From Methanocaldococcus jannaschii DSM 2661 (lineage in GTDB: Archaea > AGJL01 > Methanococci > Methanococcales > Methanocaldococcaceae): a stretch of 32,000 bases of DNA. Below, in pieces: positions 8,850 to 16,543 of the stretch. Made by a program: the position numbers and the translations under genes. A model generated the notes under the pieces. That model did no database searches. It was not told the DNA's origin and worked only from the letters and a program-made list of their open reading frames with translations. The stretch covers positions 259,995 to 291,994 of the forward strand of contig NC_000909.1 in NCBI RefSeq assembly GCF_000091665.1. Reading direction: 5' to 3'. Every line of letters starts with the position of its first letter. Position 1 is the stretch's first letter.

Positions 8850-9080
8850 AATATAGTCTCTATCCGTTTCCCGTTTCCATAGCTTACCATAGCATTTAAT
8901 AACTTACTATACGAATCGGTAAGCTATGGAAATGGGTTGTCCTCAGCCCATAGCTTCATCGGGAACACCATTCCCTTCACTATAAGTTCATCAGACTTAG
9001 GACTGAACAGATACAGCCCCAAAATCCAAACTTCGTTAATATTTAGTATCAACATTTCGTCTCGAAGGCAAAGCCTCCTC
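8850..9080. ncRNA. Candidate structured non-coding region (strand unresolved)
   Basis: GC visibly higher than the flanking spacer. There are several stable hairpins (see the 8870-8936 repeat; GGGAA-cacca-TTCCC 8961-8975; CTTCG...CGAAG 9031-9067 enclosing GTTAATA/TATCAAC). K-turn-like TGATGA/CGATGA/CTGA motifs lie on the minus strand. The only ORF here (8924-9106) looks non-coding. Confidence 0.3.
8870..8936. repeat. Long perfect inverted repeat (15 bp perfect, 19 bp with one G-T)
   Basis: TTTCCATAGCTTACC 8874-8888 against GGTAAGCTATGGAAA 8918-8932. It extends to 8870/8936 with one G8873-T8933 pair, which is a wobble only if transcribed from the plus strand. The loop is 29 nt. A third partial copy, CCATAGCTT, lies at 8948-8956. 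Confidence 0.9.
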
Positions 9081-9124
9081 ATTAACATTATGATATAACA
9101 ATACATATTACTATTTTAATAAAA

Positions 9125-9152
9125 AAACAATATTTATATTGTGATATTGTTT
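9125..9152 (-). terminator. Hairpin followed by T-run downstream of the methyltransferase gene
   Basis: AAACAATAT (9125-9133) / ATATTGTTT (9144-9152) form a 9-bp stem 22 nt after the stop. On the minus strand it is followed by TTTTATTAAAA. Archaeal termination mainly needs oligo-T, so a role for the hairpin is inferred. Confidence 0.3.
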
Positions 9153-9173
9153 ATTATGATATGCTACTGTAAG

Positions 9174-9833
9174 TTATAGAAAATTAAAAACTGTTTCGAA
9201 CCCTAATTTCTCTATTCTAAAAATCACTACAGGAATCTCCACAACCTTTTTTTTATGAAACTCGTATATTGCAGGAATTCTAAAAAATGCCTCATAGATG
9301 TGAGTTATTTTTCCCCCTTTATCTTCAACATACTTAATAACAAAATCCTTTGTTGGATAATTGTGAATAGTATAAATAATATCCCCAATCTCTAACGCCT
9401 TATCTAAAAATACTCTATCAGCATGTTTTTTCTGGGCTCCAAATGGAGGATTTTGAATAACTACTCTCTTTAAATCCCTATCTTCACCAAGCACATTATT
9501 TAAAAATTCATCATCAACATCTCTAATGTCCATGCAATAAAAATCTACATCAACATTTAGCTTTTTAGCGTTCTCTTTAGCTGCTTCAATACTCTCCCTA
9601 TCGATATCTATACCAATAGCCCTCTTAGCTCCTAAAATTTTGCTACCTATAGCTAATCTTCCAGTTCCACAACCTAAATCGATAACAACATTGTTATAAA
9701 AATCATTCACAGCAAAAAATAAAATATCAGCTGCTAATTTTCCGTCTATTGTATATTGCTCTAAATCAGCTTTTGGATTTGGATGTCTTTTTAAAGAATC
9801 TAACATCATTTCTAAATGCTTTTTCTTTATCAT
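9174..9833 (-). CDS. Class I SAM-dependent methyltransferase with an NPPF motif (METTL5-like, putative RNA N6-adenine methyltransferase)
   Basis: Motif I VIDLGCGTGRLAIG and motif IV IQNPPFG. SD GGTGA plus 4 nt before the ATG. Confidence 0.8.
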   Translation of the reverse strand: MIKKKHLEMMLDSLKRHPNPKADLEQYTIDGKLAADILFFAVNDFYNNVVIDLGCGTGRLAIGSKILGAKRAIGIDIDRESIEAAKENAKKLNVDVDFYCMDIRDVDDEFLNNVLGEDRDLKRVVIQNPPFGAQKKHADRVFLDKALEIGDIIYTIHNYPTKDFVIKYVEDKGGKITHIYEAFFRIPAIYEFHKKKVVEIPVVIFRIEKLGFETVFNFL

Positions 9834-9901
9834 CTCTTCACCATCTAAATATGTAATTATATAGATGTTATTTAGTATAAAAATAAAGAAAATTAGCCAA
9901 T

Positions 9902-10345
9902 TTATTCAATGTTGATTCCTTTCTTAATTGAGGATTCTGCCTTTGGTAATATAACTGATAAAACACCATTTTCAAACTTAGCTGAGGCATTTTCTTCCTT
10001 AACAGTTGCAGGAAGTTTTATTGTTCTATATATTTCTTCCTCTTCTGGAATTTCTGAGTAGATAATTCTTTCACTCTCAGTTATCATTAATGGGCTTCTC
10101 TTAGCTCTAATCTCTAATGTATCTCCAACTGCATTTAAAATTATGTCCTCTTTATTAACCCCTGGCAACCATGCAATAACTTTTATATGCTGGTCTCCTT
10201 CAATAATTGAGATTGGCATGAACCCTTTTCCAGAAATTTGTATTCCTGTTGAGCTTTGAATCATTGTGGTTCCTGTCATTGGTGTTGCAAAAAACTCTTT
10301 AAACATTCTTTCAAATAATGAATCAAATGGGTCTCTTCCGAACAT
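9902..10345 (-). CDS. hsp16.5: Small heat-shock protein, alpha-crystallin family (HSP16.5)
   Basis: 147 aa starting [22 protein letters not shown], with an alpha-crystallin domain ending [22 protein letters not shown] recognise it as M. jannaschii HSP16.5. Confidence 0.95.
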
Positions 10346-10498
10346 TTGCCCCCACCTCTCTTTTTTGGTTTTCTATATATGTAATGTTTTTGAAGTTCTA
10401 TATAAACTTTTCTATAATCTATTAATTTAAATTATGGAATACAACTGTAAATAAAAAAAACATCAAACAATATAAAAATAGGTAAATTAAAAAAGCCG

Positions 10499-10852
10499 TT
10501 ATTTTTTTACAAAATTAATTTCACTAACATCCATTGAAATCCATTTAATTTCTTCTTTCACGAATTCTTTTAACAACATTAATATTTCAATTCTATTCTC
10601 AACAGGGATATCTGTTTGATATAGGAATGAAAACAACCTGTTAATACCCTCTTTTTCTTCCTTTATTAGGGCCAATAAATCTGACATCTGTATTTCATTT
10701 TTTTGATTTTGAGAGAGCAAGTATTTCCATCTCCAAAGTCGTAGTTTTATTAGAAAATTGAACAAATCTTCCATCATCTCTCTTGCAAACTCATCCCCAC
10801 TCAAGCATTCTTTAACGATATCAGAAAGCAAAACCGTTCCAAATTTTTTCAT
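10499..10852 (-). CDS. Hypothetical helical protein (117 aa), last gene of the surface-protein locus
   Basis: The ORF has a good SD (GAGGGGAT). No recognisable motif. It starts 17 nt after the upstream wHTH gene. Confidence 0.6.
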   Translation of the reverse strand: MKKFGTVLLSDIVKECLSGDEFAREMMEDLFNFLIKLRLWRWKYLLSQNQKNEIQMSDLLALIKEEKEGINRLFSFLYQTDIPVENRIEILMLLKEFVKEEIKWISMDVSEINFVKK

Positions 10853-10869
10853 AAAAATCCCCTCACAAT

Positions 10870-11163
10870 TTAAGGCTTGGAGTTCATAATCTCAAATAGT
10901 TCATACAGCGAGGAATACAACTTTTTCCCTAACTCTGTGAGTTCAAATTTCTCTTTATTTTTCTTAATAAATCCATTACTAATCAAAAAATCGATGTATT
11001 TGGAAAAATTTCTCCAATCTAAGTTTGCAGCATACATAATTCTTGTTTTTATTTGTTCTCCTTCCTTGATAATATGCAAAATTTCAAAAATCACTTCAAA
11101 TTGAGACCTTTTATACCTTCTATTCCTATTTTTATTATTTGAGAGTGGAGGGGGAATCCTCAT
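10870..11163 (-). CDS. Small winged-helix DNA-binding protein (predicted transcriptional regulator)
   Basis: EVIFEILHIIKEGEQIKTRIMYAANLDWRNFSKYIDFLISNGFIKKNKEKFELTELGKKL fits an archaeal wHTH pattern. It is a paralogue of the C-terminus of the 13121-13756 product, and the two share the nucleotide block CCAATCTAARTTTGCAGCATACAT. Confidence 0.75.
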   Translation of the reverse strand: MRIPPPLSNNKNRNRRYKRSQFEVIFEILHIIKEGEQIKTRIMYAANLDWRNFSKYIDFLISNGFIKKNKEKFELTELGKKLYSSLYELFEIMNSKP

Positions 11164-11221
11164 ACTACCACTTTAAAACATTTTTATTTTATTTTTATTT
11201 AAATGTTTAAATGAAGTTTAA

Positions 11222-11758
11222 TTAGAGATGTCTCCTAATCAACATAGCACCTAATCCCAAGATGCTGATGATTAAAACTGCAGTAATTACCAATTCTTTT
11301 GTATGAATCTCATTACCAACTACCATTATCGCAACTTTTGTAGGCAAAACTACACTCGCTTTTAGATTCACGCCTTTTTTATCATCTCCATAATCTACTG
11401 GACTAATTTTCGTTAAAATATCTCCTTCATAGTTGTCCTTTTCCTTTACAGTAAATGTGATATTAACCCCAACAGTTTCTCCTGGTTTTAATGTAAAGTT
11501 ATTCTTCATAATTTTGACTTCTACTTTTTTAGAATTATTTAAATCTCCAGTTGTAACCATTTCCACTTTAACTGGGAAACTATTGGGATTTTTTACATAA
11601 ATAATGCTATTTATATCTTGAGGAAGCCCATTGCTTGCATTCACCATGATATCAATTTTTGGTGGAGTTATTGCCCCACTTAAACCACTAACCTGTGAAA
11701 TGGCCATAATGACAAATATGACAGATAATAAACCAAAAATTGCAGAGAATTTTTTCAT
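11222..11758 (-). CDS. Secreted, C-terminally membrane-anchored beta-rich protein (Ig/CARDB-like by pattern), unknown function
   Basis: Signal peptide MKKFSAIFGLLSVIFVIMAISQVSG; beta-sandwich-like segment NFTLKPGETVGVNITFTVKEKDNYEGDI; C-terminal TM plus basic tail VITAVLIISILGLGAMLIRRHL. SD AAGGTGATT. Confidence 0.7.
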   Translation of the reverse strand: MKKFSAIFGLLSVIFVIMAISQVSGLSGAITPPKIDIMVNASNGLPQDINSIIYVKNPNSFPVKVEMVTTGDLNNSKKVEVKIMKNNFTLKPGETVGVNITFTVKEKDNYEGDILTKISPVDYGDDKKGVNLKASVVLPTKVAIMVVGNEIHTKELVITAVLIISILGLGAMLIRRHL

Positions 11759-11800
11759 AAGTAATCACCTTACTATCAAAAAATTAAAAAGTTGGGGGAT

Positions 11801-12808
11801 TTATAATCCAAGTCCATAGAATGTAATTGAACCTCCATAGCAACCGCTTGGTAATGGTGTTGGAACATCGAGTGTGAAATTAACTTCTAAAGCATTTGTA
11901 TGGCATGGTTTGAGTGGTTGCCATAATAGAACTTTGACATTGTTTTGGAGGTGAGTATTGTAGCTCTGTGTCATATTGTTTGCTTTTATAACATGTGCTT
12001 TGATATTCTCTGCTGGAATTATTCCAGTTCCTCCTGCCTGTGTCATTGAGGTTGCTGAAACGAATACTGCTATCTTAGTTCCTACTCCATCTGGGTCAAT
12101 ATTGTGGATTGTTACAACATTCTCAGTTGCTGGGACATTAGTATCTCCTGGATTTACATTACCGAAGCTTAATCCTGTGAATGGAGCAGGATATGCATCG
12201 TTATCTTTTGTAACGTTTATTCCAATCATTGGGTTCAAGAATATCTTACCTTTCTTGATGTATCCTGTGCATGCACCATGTTTGTCTGTTGCTTTAACAT
12301 AGACATCGAAGCATCCGTATGCGCCTGCAGGGACTGTCCATTGTGCGTAGAATGTTAAGGTTGTTAAATCAGCATCTCCACTTGTTGATGTGTCAAATCC
12401 TGCATGGATTACATATGTTGGATTTGAAGGAGATTGTCCTTGTGGAACTAATAAGAAATCTACTCCAGCTCCATTTGTTTGTAAATCTTGCTCCCCGTTA
12501 GGGTCGCTAACATTTACATAGAAGGTTACTCCTTCTCCAGTATAGGCATAAGCCTCTAAAGCGTCACTTCTTAAAAGACCAGGAGTTACTCCAGTTGTAT
12601 TCTTATATTCATATACTTTTATTCCTTGAACTGTTCTTATTACCATTTCGTAACTGCTACAATTAACTACAGGCTTAAGGTTGTCTACAGTTGCAGTTGT
12701 GTGTCCTGTTCCATAAGTTGTTGAAATAGCAAATGTGGAACCCATTACTGCAACTCCCATGATTATTGAGAGTAGCAGCGATAATATATACCTCGTAGAA
12801 TTTTTCAT
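11801..12808 (-). CDS. Secreted Thr/Gly/Val/Asn-rich beta-rich protein, unknown function (putative surface-structure subunit)
   Basis: Signal peptide MKNSTRYILSLLLSIIMGVAVMGSTFA. No TM anchor. Composition is typical of archaeal surface proteins, and GC is noticeably higher than in the neighbours. Start moved to the ATG at 12808; the track GTG lies inside the SD GAGGTG. Confidence 0.75.
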   Translation of the reverse strand: MKNSTRYILSLLLSIIMGVAVMGSTFAISTTYGTGHTTATVDNLKPVVNCSSYEMVIRTVQGIKVYEYKNTTGVTPGLLRSDALEAYAYTGEGVTFYVNVSDPNGEQDLQTNGAGVDFLLVPQGQSPSNPTYVIHAGFDTSTSGDADLTTLTFYAQWTVPAGAYGCFDVYVKATDKHGACTGYIKKGKIFLNPMIGINVTKDNDAYPAPFTGLSFGNVNPGDTNVPATENVVTIHNIDPDGVGTKIAVFVSATSMTQAGGTGIIPAENIKAHVIKANNMTQSYNTHLQNNVKVLLWQPLKPCHTNALEVNFTLDVPTPLPSGCYGGSITFYGLGL

Positions 12809-13120
12809 TTCAAACACCTCATAAATTTCTTAAATTTTATTAGCAAGGAAAACCTCCCCCAATTATTGAGAGTATTAAATAAATCAACCAATGTATAATG
12901 CTACCATCTACTACCATTTGACATCACCCAGCAGTTTTAGACTTCAATTTTTGTAATACTTGACTTACCCTCATTATCACCTCCCCCACATCTTCTGATT
13001 ATACTATATTGTGTATTTTGTTAATATGATTTATGAATGTAAAGCATGTGGAAAAAACAGATGTGTTAATCCATTTAGTTTTTAAATTTTTTATGAAAAG
13101 TAAAAAAGAAAATAAGGCAA

Positions 13121-13756
13121 TTATTTATCTGGATAAATTAATCTAAAAACTTCTTCAATTTTCTCCAATAATAACTCACCCTTAGGTGTTAATGTATAAA
13201 CCCCATCTGTTTTTCTGATAAATTCATTATCTAACAAGTATCCTATATAATTACGAAATGTTTTCCAATCTAAATTTGCAGCATACATTATTTTTGTCTT
13301 TTTTAATTCCTTGTTCTTTACAGCCTTTAAGATTTCAAATATTATCATTATTTTGTCTCGCTTTACACTTGGTAAAGTACTTTTATCTTTATCATCCTCA
13401 CAATCTTTTATATCTTTTCCAATATATTTTAATATTATCCTTTTCAATAAGTCCTCCTGATACACTTCAGGAATTTCTTTTAGAATTAAAAGGGCATTTA
13501 AAATAGCATCTTTGTCATTTTCTAAAAGTACCTCTTCTAAATGTTTAATTAGTTGAGTAATTTGGACTTTTCCTTTTAGATATAAATTTCCTAAAATAGC
13601 TAAACAAGTTATTTTTAATTGAATATCATCAGATTTTAAAAAACCATAAATTTCCTCTAACAATAATGTATCTTCTTCAATCAGTTGTAAAACATCATTT
13701 ATTTTACCATTTTTAATTAACTCTTTAATTTCTCCTTGTTTTGAAATACATTTCAT
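13121..13756 (-). CDS. Two-domain protein: N-terminal helical-repeat (HEAT/ARM-like by pattern) region plus a C-terminal winged helix
   Basis: The C-terminus IMIIFEILKAVKNKELKKTKIMYAANLDWKTFRNYIGYLLDNEFIRKTDGVYTLTPKGELL is paralogous to the 10870-11163 product. SD GGGGTGA. Confidence 0.7.
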   Translation of the reverse strand: MKCISKQGEIKELIKNGKINDVLQLIEEDTLLLEEIYGFLKSDDIQLKITCLAILGNLYLKGKVQITQLIKHLEEVLLENDKDAILNALLILKEIPEVYQEDLLKRIILKYIGKDIKDCEDDKDKSTLPSVKRDKIMIIFEILKAVKNKELKKTKIMYAANLDWKTFRNYIGYLLDNEFIRKTDGVYTLTPKGELLLEKIEEVFRLIYPDK

Positions 13757-13893
13757 AGTTTCACCCCAAAACGACCCGCAAACAGAACAGAGATTACATA
13801 TAAATATTGTTCGTAATTTTATTATATTAAAATTACTTTAACAATGCTTTATTCAAATTTAATATTTATATATCGGCATAGGAGGGATTACAA

Positions 13894-15123
13894 ATGTTTG
13901 GAAAATTAAAAGAAAAACTCTTAGAAACTGCATCAAAGATTACTGAAAAAATATACAGCAAAGGAGAAGCTGAAGAAGTTAAAGAAGAAAAAGAGGAAAA
14001 ATCAAAAATATCCTTCACAAGTTTATTTAAAAAAGAACCTAAAAAAGAAGAAGTAAAAAAAGAAAAAGCAGAAGAAGAAATTAAAAAATCTGAAATTGTA
14101 AAAACAGAACCTTCTGAAAAAGTAGAAGAAGCTAAAGAGGAAATTAAAGAAATTAAAGAAGAAAAAGAGGAGAAAAAAATAACGTTCTTTGATAGATTTG
14201 GCTTAACAAGAGCTATTAAGAAAGTTCTTAAAAAAGAAGTTGTTATCTTAGAGGAAGATATAGAAGATGTCTTAGAAGAGTTAGAAATAGCACTCTTAGA
14301 GGCAGATGTTGCATTAGAAGTTGTTGAAAAGCTAATTGAAAATATTAAAAATGAATTAGTTGGAAGAAAAATCTCTCCAGATGATAACGTAGAAGAGATT
14401 ACAATAAACGCAGTAAAAAATGCTATAAAAAATATATTATCCCAAGAAAAAATTGATATTGAAGAAATAATCAAAAAGAATAAAGCAGAAGGAAAACCAA
14501 CAGTCATCGTATTTGTTGGAATCAATGGAACTGGAAAAACTACAACTATAGCTAAATTAGCATATAAATTAAAGCAGAAAGGTTATAGCGTAGTTTTAGC
14601 CGCTGGAGACACTTTCAGAGCTGGAGCTATTGAGCAATTAGAACAGCATGCTAAAAACGTTGGAGTTAAGGTTATTAAGCATAAGCCGGGAGCTGATTCT
14701 GCGGCAGTTATCTATGATGCTATACAACATGCAAAAGCAAGAGGAATTGATGTTGTTTTGGCTGATACAGCAGGAAGACAGGCAACAAATGTTAATTTAA
14801 TGGAAGAGATTAAAAAAGTGGTTAGAGTCACAAAACCAGATTTGGTTATATTCGTTGGAGATGCTTTAACTGGAAACGATGCTGTATATCAGGCAGAAGA
14901 ATTTAATAGAGCAGTGAATATTGATGGAATTATCTTAACAAAAGTAGATGCTGATGCTAAAGGTGGAGCGGCTCTATCAATAGGCTATGCAATTGGAAAA
15001 CCAATTTTATATTTAGGAGTAGGACAGAGGTATCAAGATTTAATAGAATTTGATGCTGACTGGATGGTTAGGAAATTGTTTGGAGAAGAAGAGTTTGAAT
15101 TTTCAACTGAAAGAGAGTTTTAA
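13894..15123 (+). CDS. ftsY: Signal recognition particle receptor FtsY
   Basis: NG domain with [14 protein letters not shown] (G1), DTAGR (G3) and TKVDA (G4). It is preceded by a Lys/Glu-rich low-complexity N-domain of about 95 aa. SD GGAGGGAT. Confidence 0.95.
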
Positions 15124-15136
15124 TATTAAAAAATTT

Positions 15137-15406
15137 TTATTCGGACAAGTTGTCATTATATGCTGCGTGAGCAATTGCATGAGCTAAGAATGGAGCTAAG
15201 ATTAGATAAACAAACGCTAAAAGAGTTTCTCCCAAAGCTATAAAAATTAAGAAGCATGCACAGTCAATAACACCTAAAATATGTATCCTTGCATAAATTA
15301 TGTTTTTTCTATCTTTTTCTATCCATAATCTATAAGAAGCCAACAAAATACCAAATGAAGCGATAAGAACAAGAATATCTTTAACAATTCCAATAAATTG
15401 TTCCAT
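15137..15406 (-). CDS. Small integral membrane protein (3 TM), weakly MnhG/PhaG-like
   Basis: Three hydrophobic helices. YARIHILGVIDCA resembles the MnhG motif (weak, from memory). Start moved to the ATG at 15406 (GGTGAT plus 4 nt). Confidence 0.5.
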   Translation of the reverse strand: MEQFIGIVKDILVLIASFGILLASYRLWIEKDRKNIIYARIHILGVIDCACFLIFIALGETLLAFVYLILAPFLAHAIAHAAYNDNLSE

Positions 15407-15490
15407 AAGCATCACCAACTTATTAGGAATTTATAATGATTAATAATGATAAATCTTATTTATAACTTTTGGTGATAATAGGCTTATATT

Positions 15491-15591
15491 GCCATGGGGA
15501 AAACCCCTATTGGGATACCCGAGCGAGGTTGCCAAGACAACCTCACTTTAATAAAGATTTGAGAGCATATCAATAGGAGCAAAACCCTTGG
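15491..15591. ncRNA. Candidate small structured RNA in a GC-enriched spacer (strand unresolved)
   Basis: The core 15491-15545 is roughly 55% GC against about 25-30% in the surrounding spacer (hand count). Hairpins: GGGG-aaaa-CCCC (15496-15507) and GAGGTTG-ccaaga-CAACCTC (15525-15544). Long-range pairing: CCATGGG/CCCTTGG (15492-98 / 15585-91) and CTATTG/CAATAG (15507-12 / 15571-76). Confidence 0.3.
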
Positions 15592-15616
15592 ATGTATAAC
15601 TTTTTTGGTGGATAAC

Positions 15617-16171
15617 ATGTTTATTGTGTTTGAGGGTATAGATGGTAGTGGAAAAACTACACAATCAAAGCTTTTAGCTAAAAAAATGGATGCATTTTGG
15701 ACTTATGAGCCATCAAATAGCTTAGTAGGGAAAATAATAAGAGAAATTTTATCTGGAAAAACAGAAGTGGATAATAAAACCTTAGCTTTGTTATTTGCGG
15801 CTGATAGAATAGAGCATACAAAATTAATAAAAGAAGAATTAAAAAAGAGAGACGTTGTTTGTGATAGATATCTATACTCATCTATTGCCTATCAAAGTGT
15901 TGCAGGAGTTGATGAGAATTTTATAAAATCAATAAACAGATATGCTCTAAAGCCAGATATTGTTTTTTTATTAATTGTTGATATTGAGACAGCATTAAAG
16001 AGGGTTAAAACAAAAGACATATTTGAAAAAAAAGATTTTTTAAAAAAAGTTCAGGATAAATATTTAGAGTTAGCTGAAGAATATAATTTTATAGTTATTG
16101 ACACAACAAAAAAGTCAGTAGAAGAGGTTCATAATGAGATTATAGGTTATTTAAAAAACATACCTCATTAA
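15617..16171 (+). CDS. tmk: Thymidylate kinase
   Basis: P-loop FEGIDGSGKTTQ and the DRY motif (CDRYLYSS). Start moved to the ATG at 15617 (GGTGGAT SD); the track start is a TTG. Confidence 0.9.
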   Translation: MFIVFEGIDGSGKTTQSKLLAKKMDAFWTYEPSNSLVGKIIREILSGKTEVDNKTLALLFAADRIEHTKLIKEELKKRDVVCDRYLYSSIAYQSVAGVDENFIKSINRYALKPDIVFLLIVDIETALKRVKTKDIFEKKDFLKKVQDKYLELAEEYNFIVIDTTKKSVEEVHNEIIGYLKNIPH

Positions 16172-16174
16172 TTG

Positions 16175-16543
16175 TATAGAGACTATCAAGTTAAGTTTTT
16201 ATTAAATATTGATAAAAAAATAATAAAATATGAGGCTCATGATAGAAGTTATAAAGGAGAAAATCGTAGAGAGGAAGCTTTTTAAAAGGAATAGGAATCG
16301 ATAGAGGTTAAAATCTTAGCAGGGCTTTTATACTACCTCGGATTATCGTTAAGGAAGGTAAGTTTATTCCTTTCCCAATTCGAAGACATAAGCCACGAAT
16401 CGGTTAGAATTTATTATCACAAGATTAAAGAGGTTTTAAATAGATTTCCAAGTAATAGTAAATTCGATACGGTTGTTAGTTGGATAAAAAGCTTCATAAT
16501 GTTCTACAATTGGGTGAAATCACTAACTTACAACCTCTCCTAT
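16175..16543 (+). mobile_element. Non-autonomous relic of an IS6-like insertion sequence: transposase pseudogene with the DDE core deleted
   Basis: Own translation: 16230-16304 gives [24 protein letters not shown]. After a frame shift, 16307-16540 gives [69 protein letters not shown]. This is the N-terminal HTH of archaeal IS6-type transposases joined directly to the C-terminal tail motif. Imperfect terminal inverted repeats: TATAGAGACTATCAAGTTAAG (16175-16195) against the reverse complement of 16523-16543, ATAGGAGAGGTTGTAAGTTAG. Confidence 0.7.

Noticed and set aside
8850-9040. Possible ancient degenerate copy of the IS6-like relic seen at 16175-16543 (minus orientation)
   Set aside because: A by-eye alignment gives short blocks (GGGCT.TAT.CT; CCCAWTTC...CATA.GC; CGAWTCG...TTATTA) and a weak peptide resemblance (WILGLYLF against ILAGLLYYL). 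It needs many indels, and identity is near what AT-rich sequence gives by chance.
8850-9080. Possibility that this region is RNase P RNA, SRP RNA, a tRNA, or a standard C/D sRNA
   Set aside because: A partial P4-like pairing (UAAG-U-CUG / UAGCUUA) exists, but the CR-I (GAGGAAAGUCC) and CR-V (ACAGAA) cores are absent. GC is too low for a hyperthermophile RNase P or SRP RNA. No cloverleaf can be drawn. The C/D-like boxes have 7- and 9-nt spacers instead of about 12.
8924-9106. 60-aa minus-strand ORF (MYCYIIMLMRRLCLRDEM...) in the Mrp-methyltransferase spacer
   Set aside because: It has no SD and an implausible composition, and it runs through hairpin-forming sequence. I treated the region as a candidate non-coding element instead.
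12840-12974. Reading the in-frame TGA at 12924-12926 as selenocysteine to fuse the two mini-ORFs into one 44-residue peptide
   Set aside because: No SECIS-like hairpin could be identified, and the flanking sequence shows no known selenoprotein context. This remains speculation inside the leader finding.
13866-14525. 219-aa minus-strand ORF rich in Ser/Phe/Ile, antisense to ftsY
   Set aside because: It is the mirror image of the purine-rich (GAA/AAA) Lys/Glu low-complexity N-domain of FtsY, which keeps the opposite strand open. It has no SD and no domain.
15494-15562. 22-codon ORF (MGKTPIGIPERGCQDNLTLIKI) inside the GC-rich spacer
   Set aside because: The nearest SD-like GGTGAT lies 17 nt upstream, which is too far. 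The ORF coincides with strong hairpins, so an RNA structure is the more economical explanation.
16176-16186. 11-mer ATAGAGACTAT shared with the reverse complement of 8853-8863, and similar ATAGAGAC motifs near 31008 and 31876
   Set aside because: Many chance 11-mer matches are expected among all position pairs in 32 kb of biased composition. The orientations do not fit a common terminal-repeat model.
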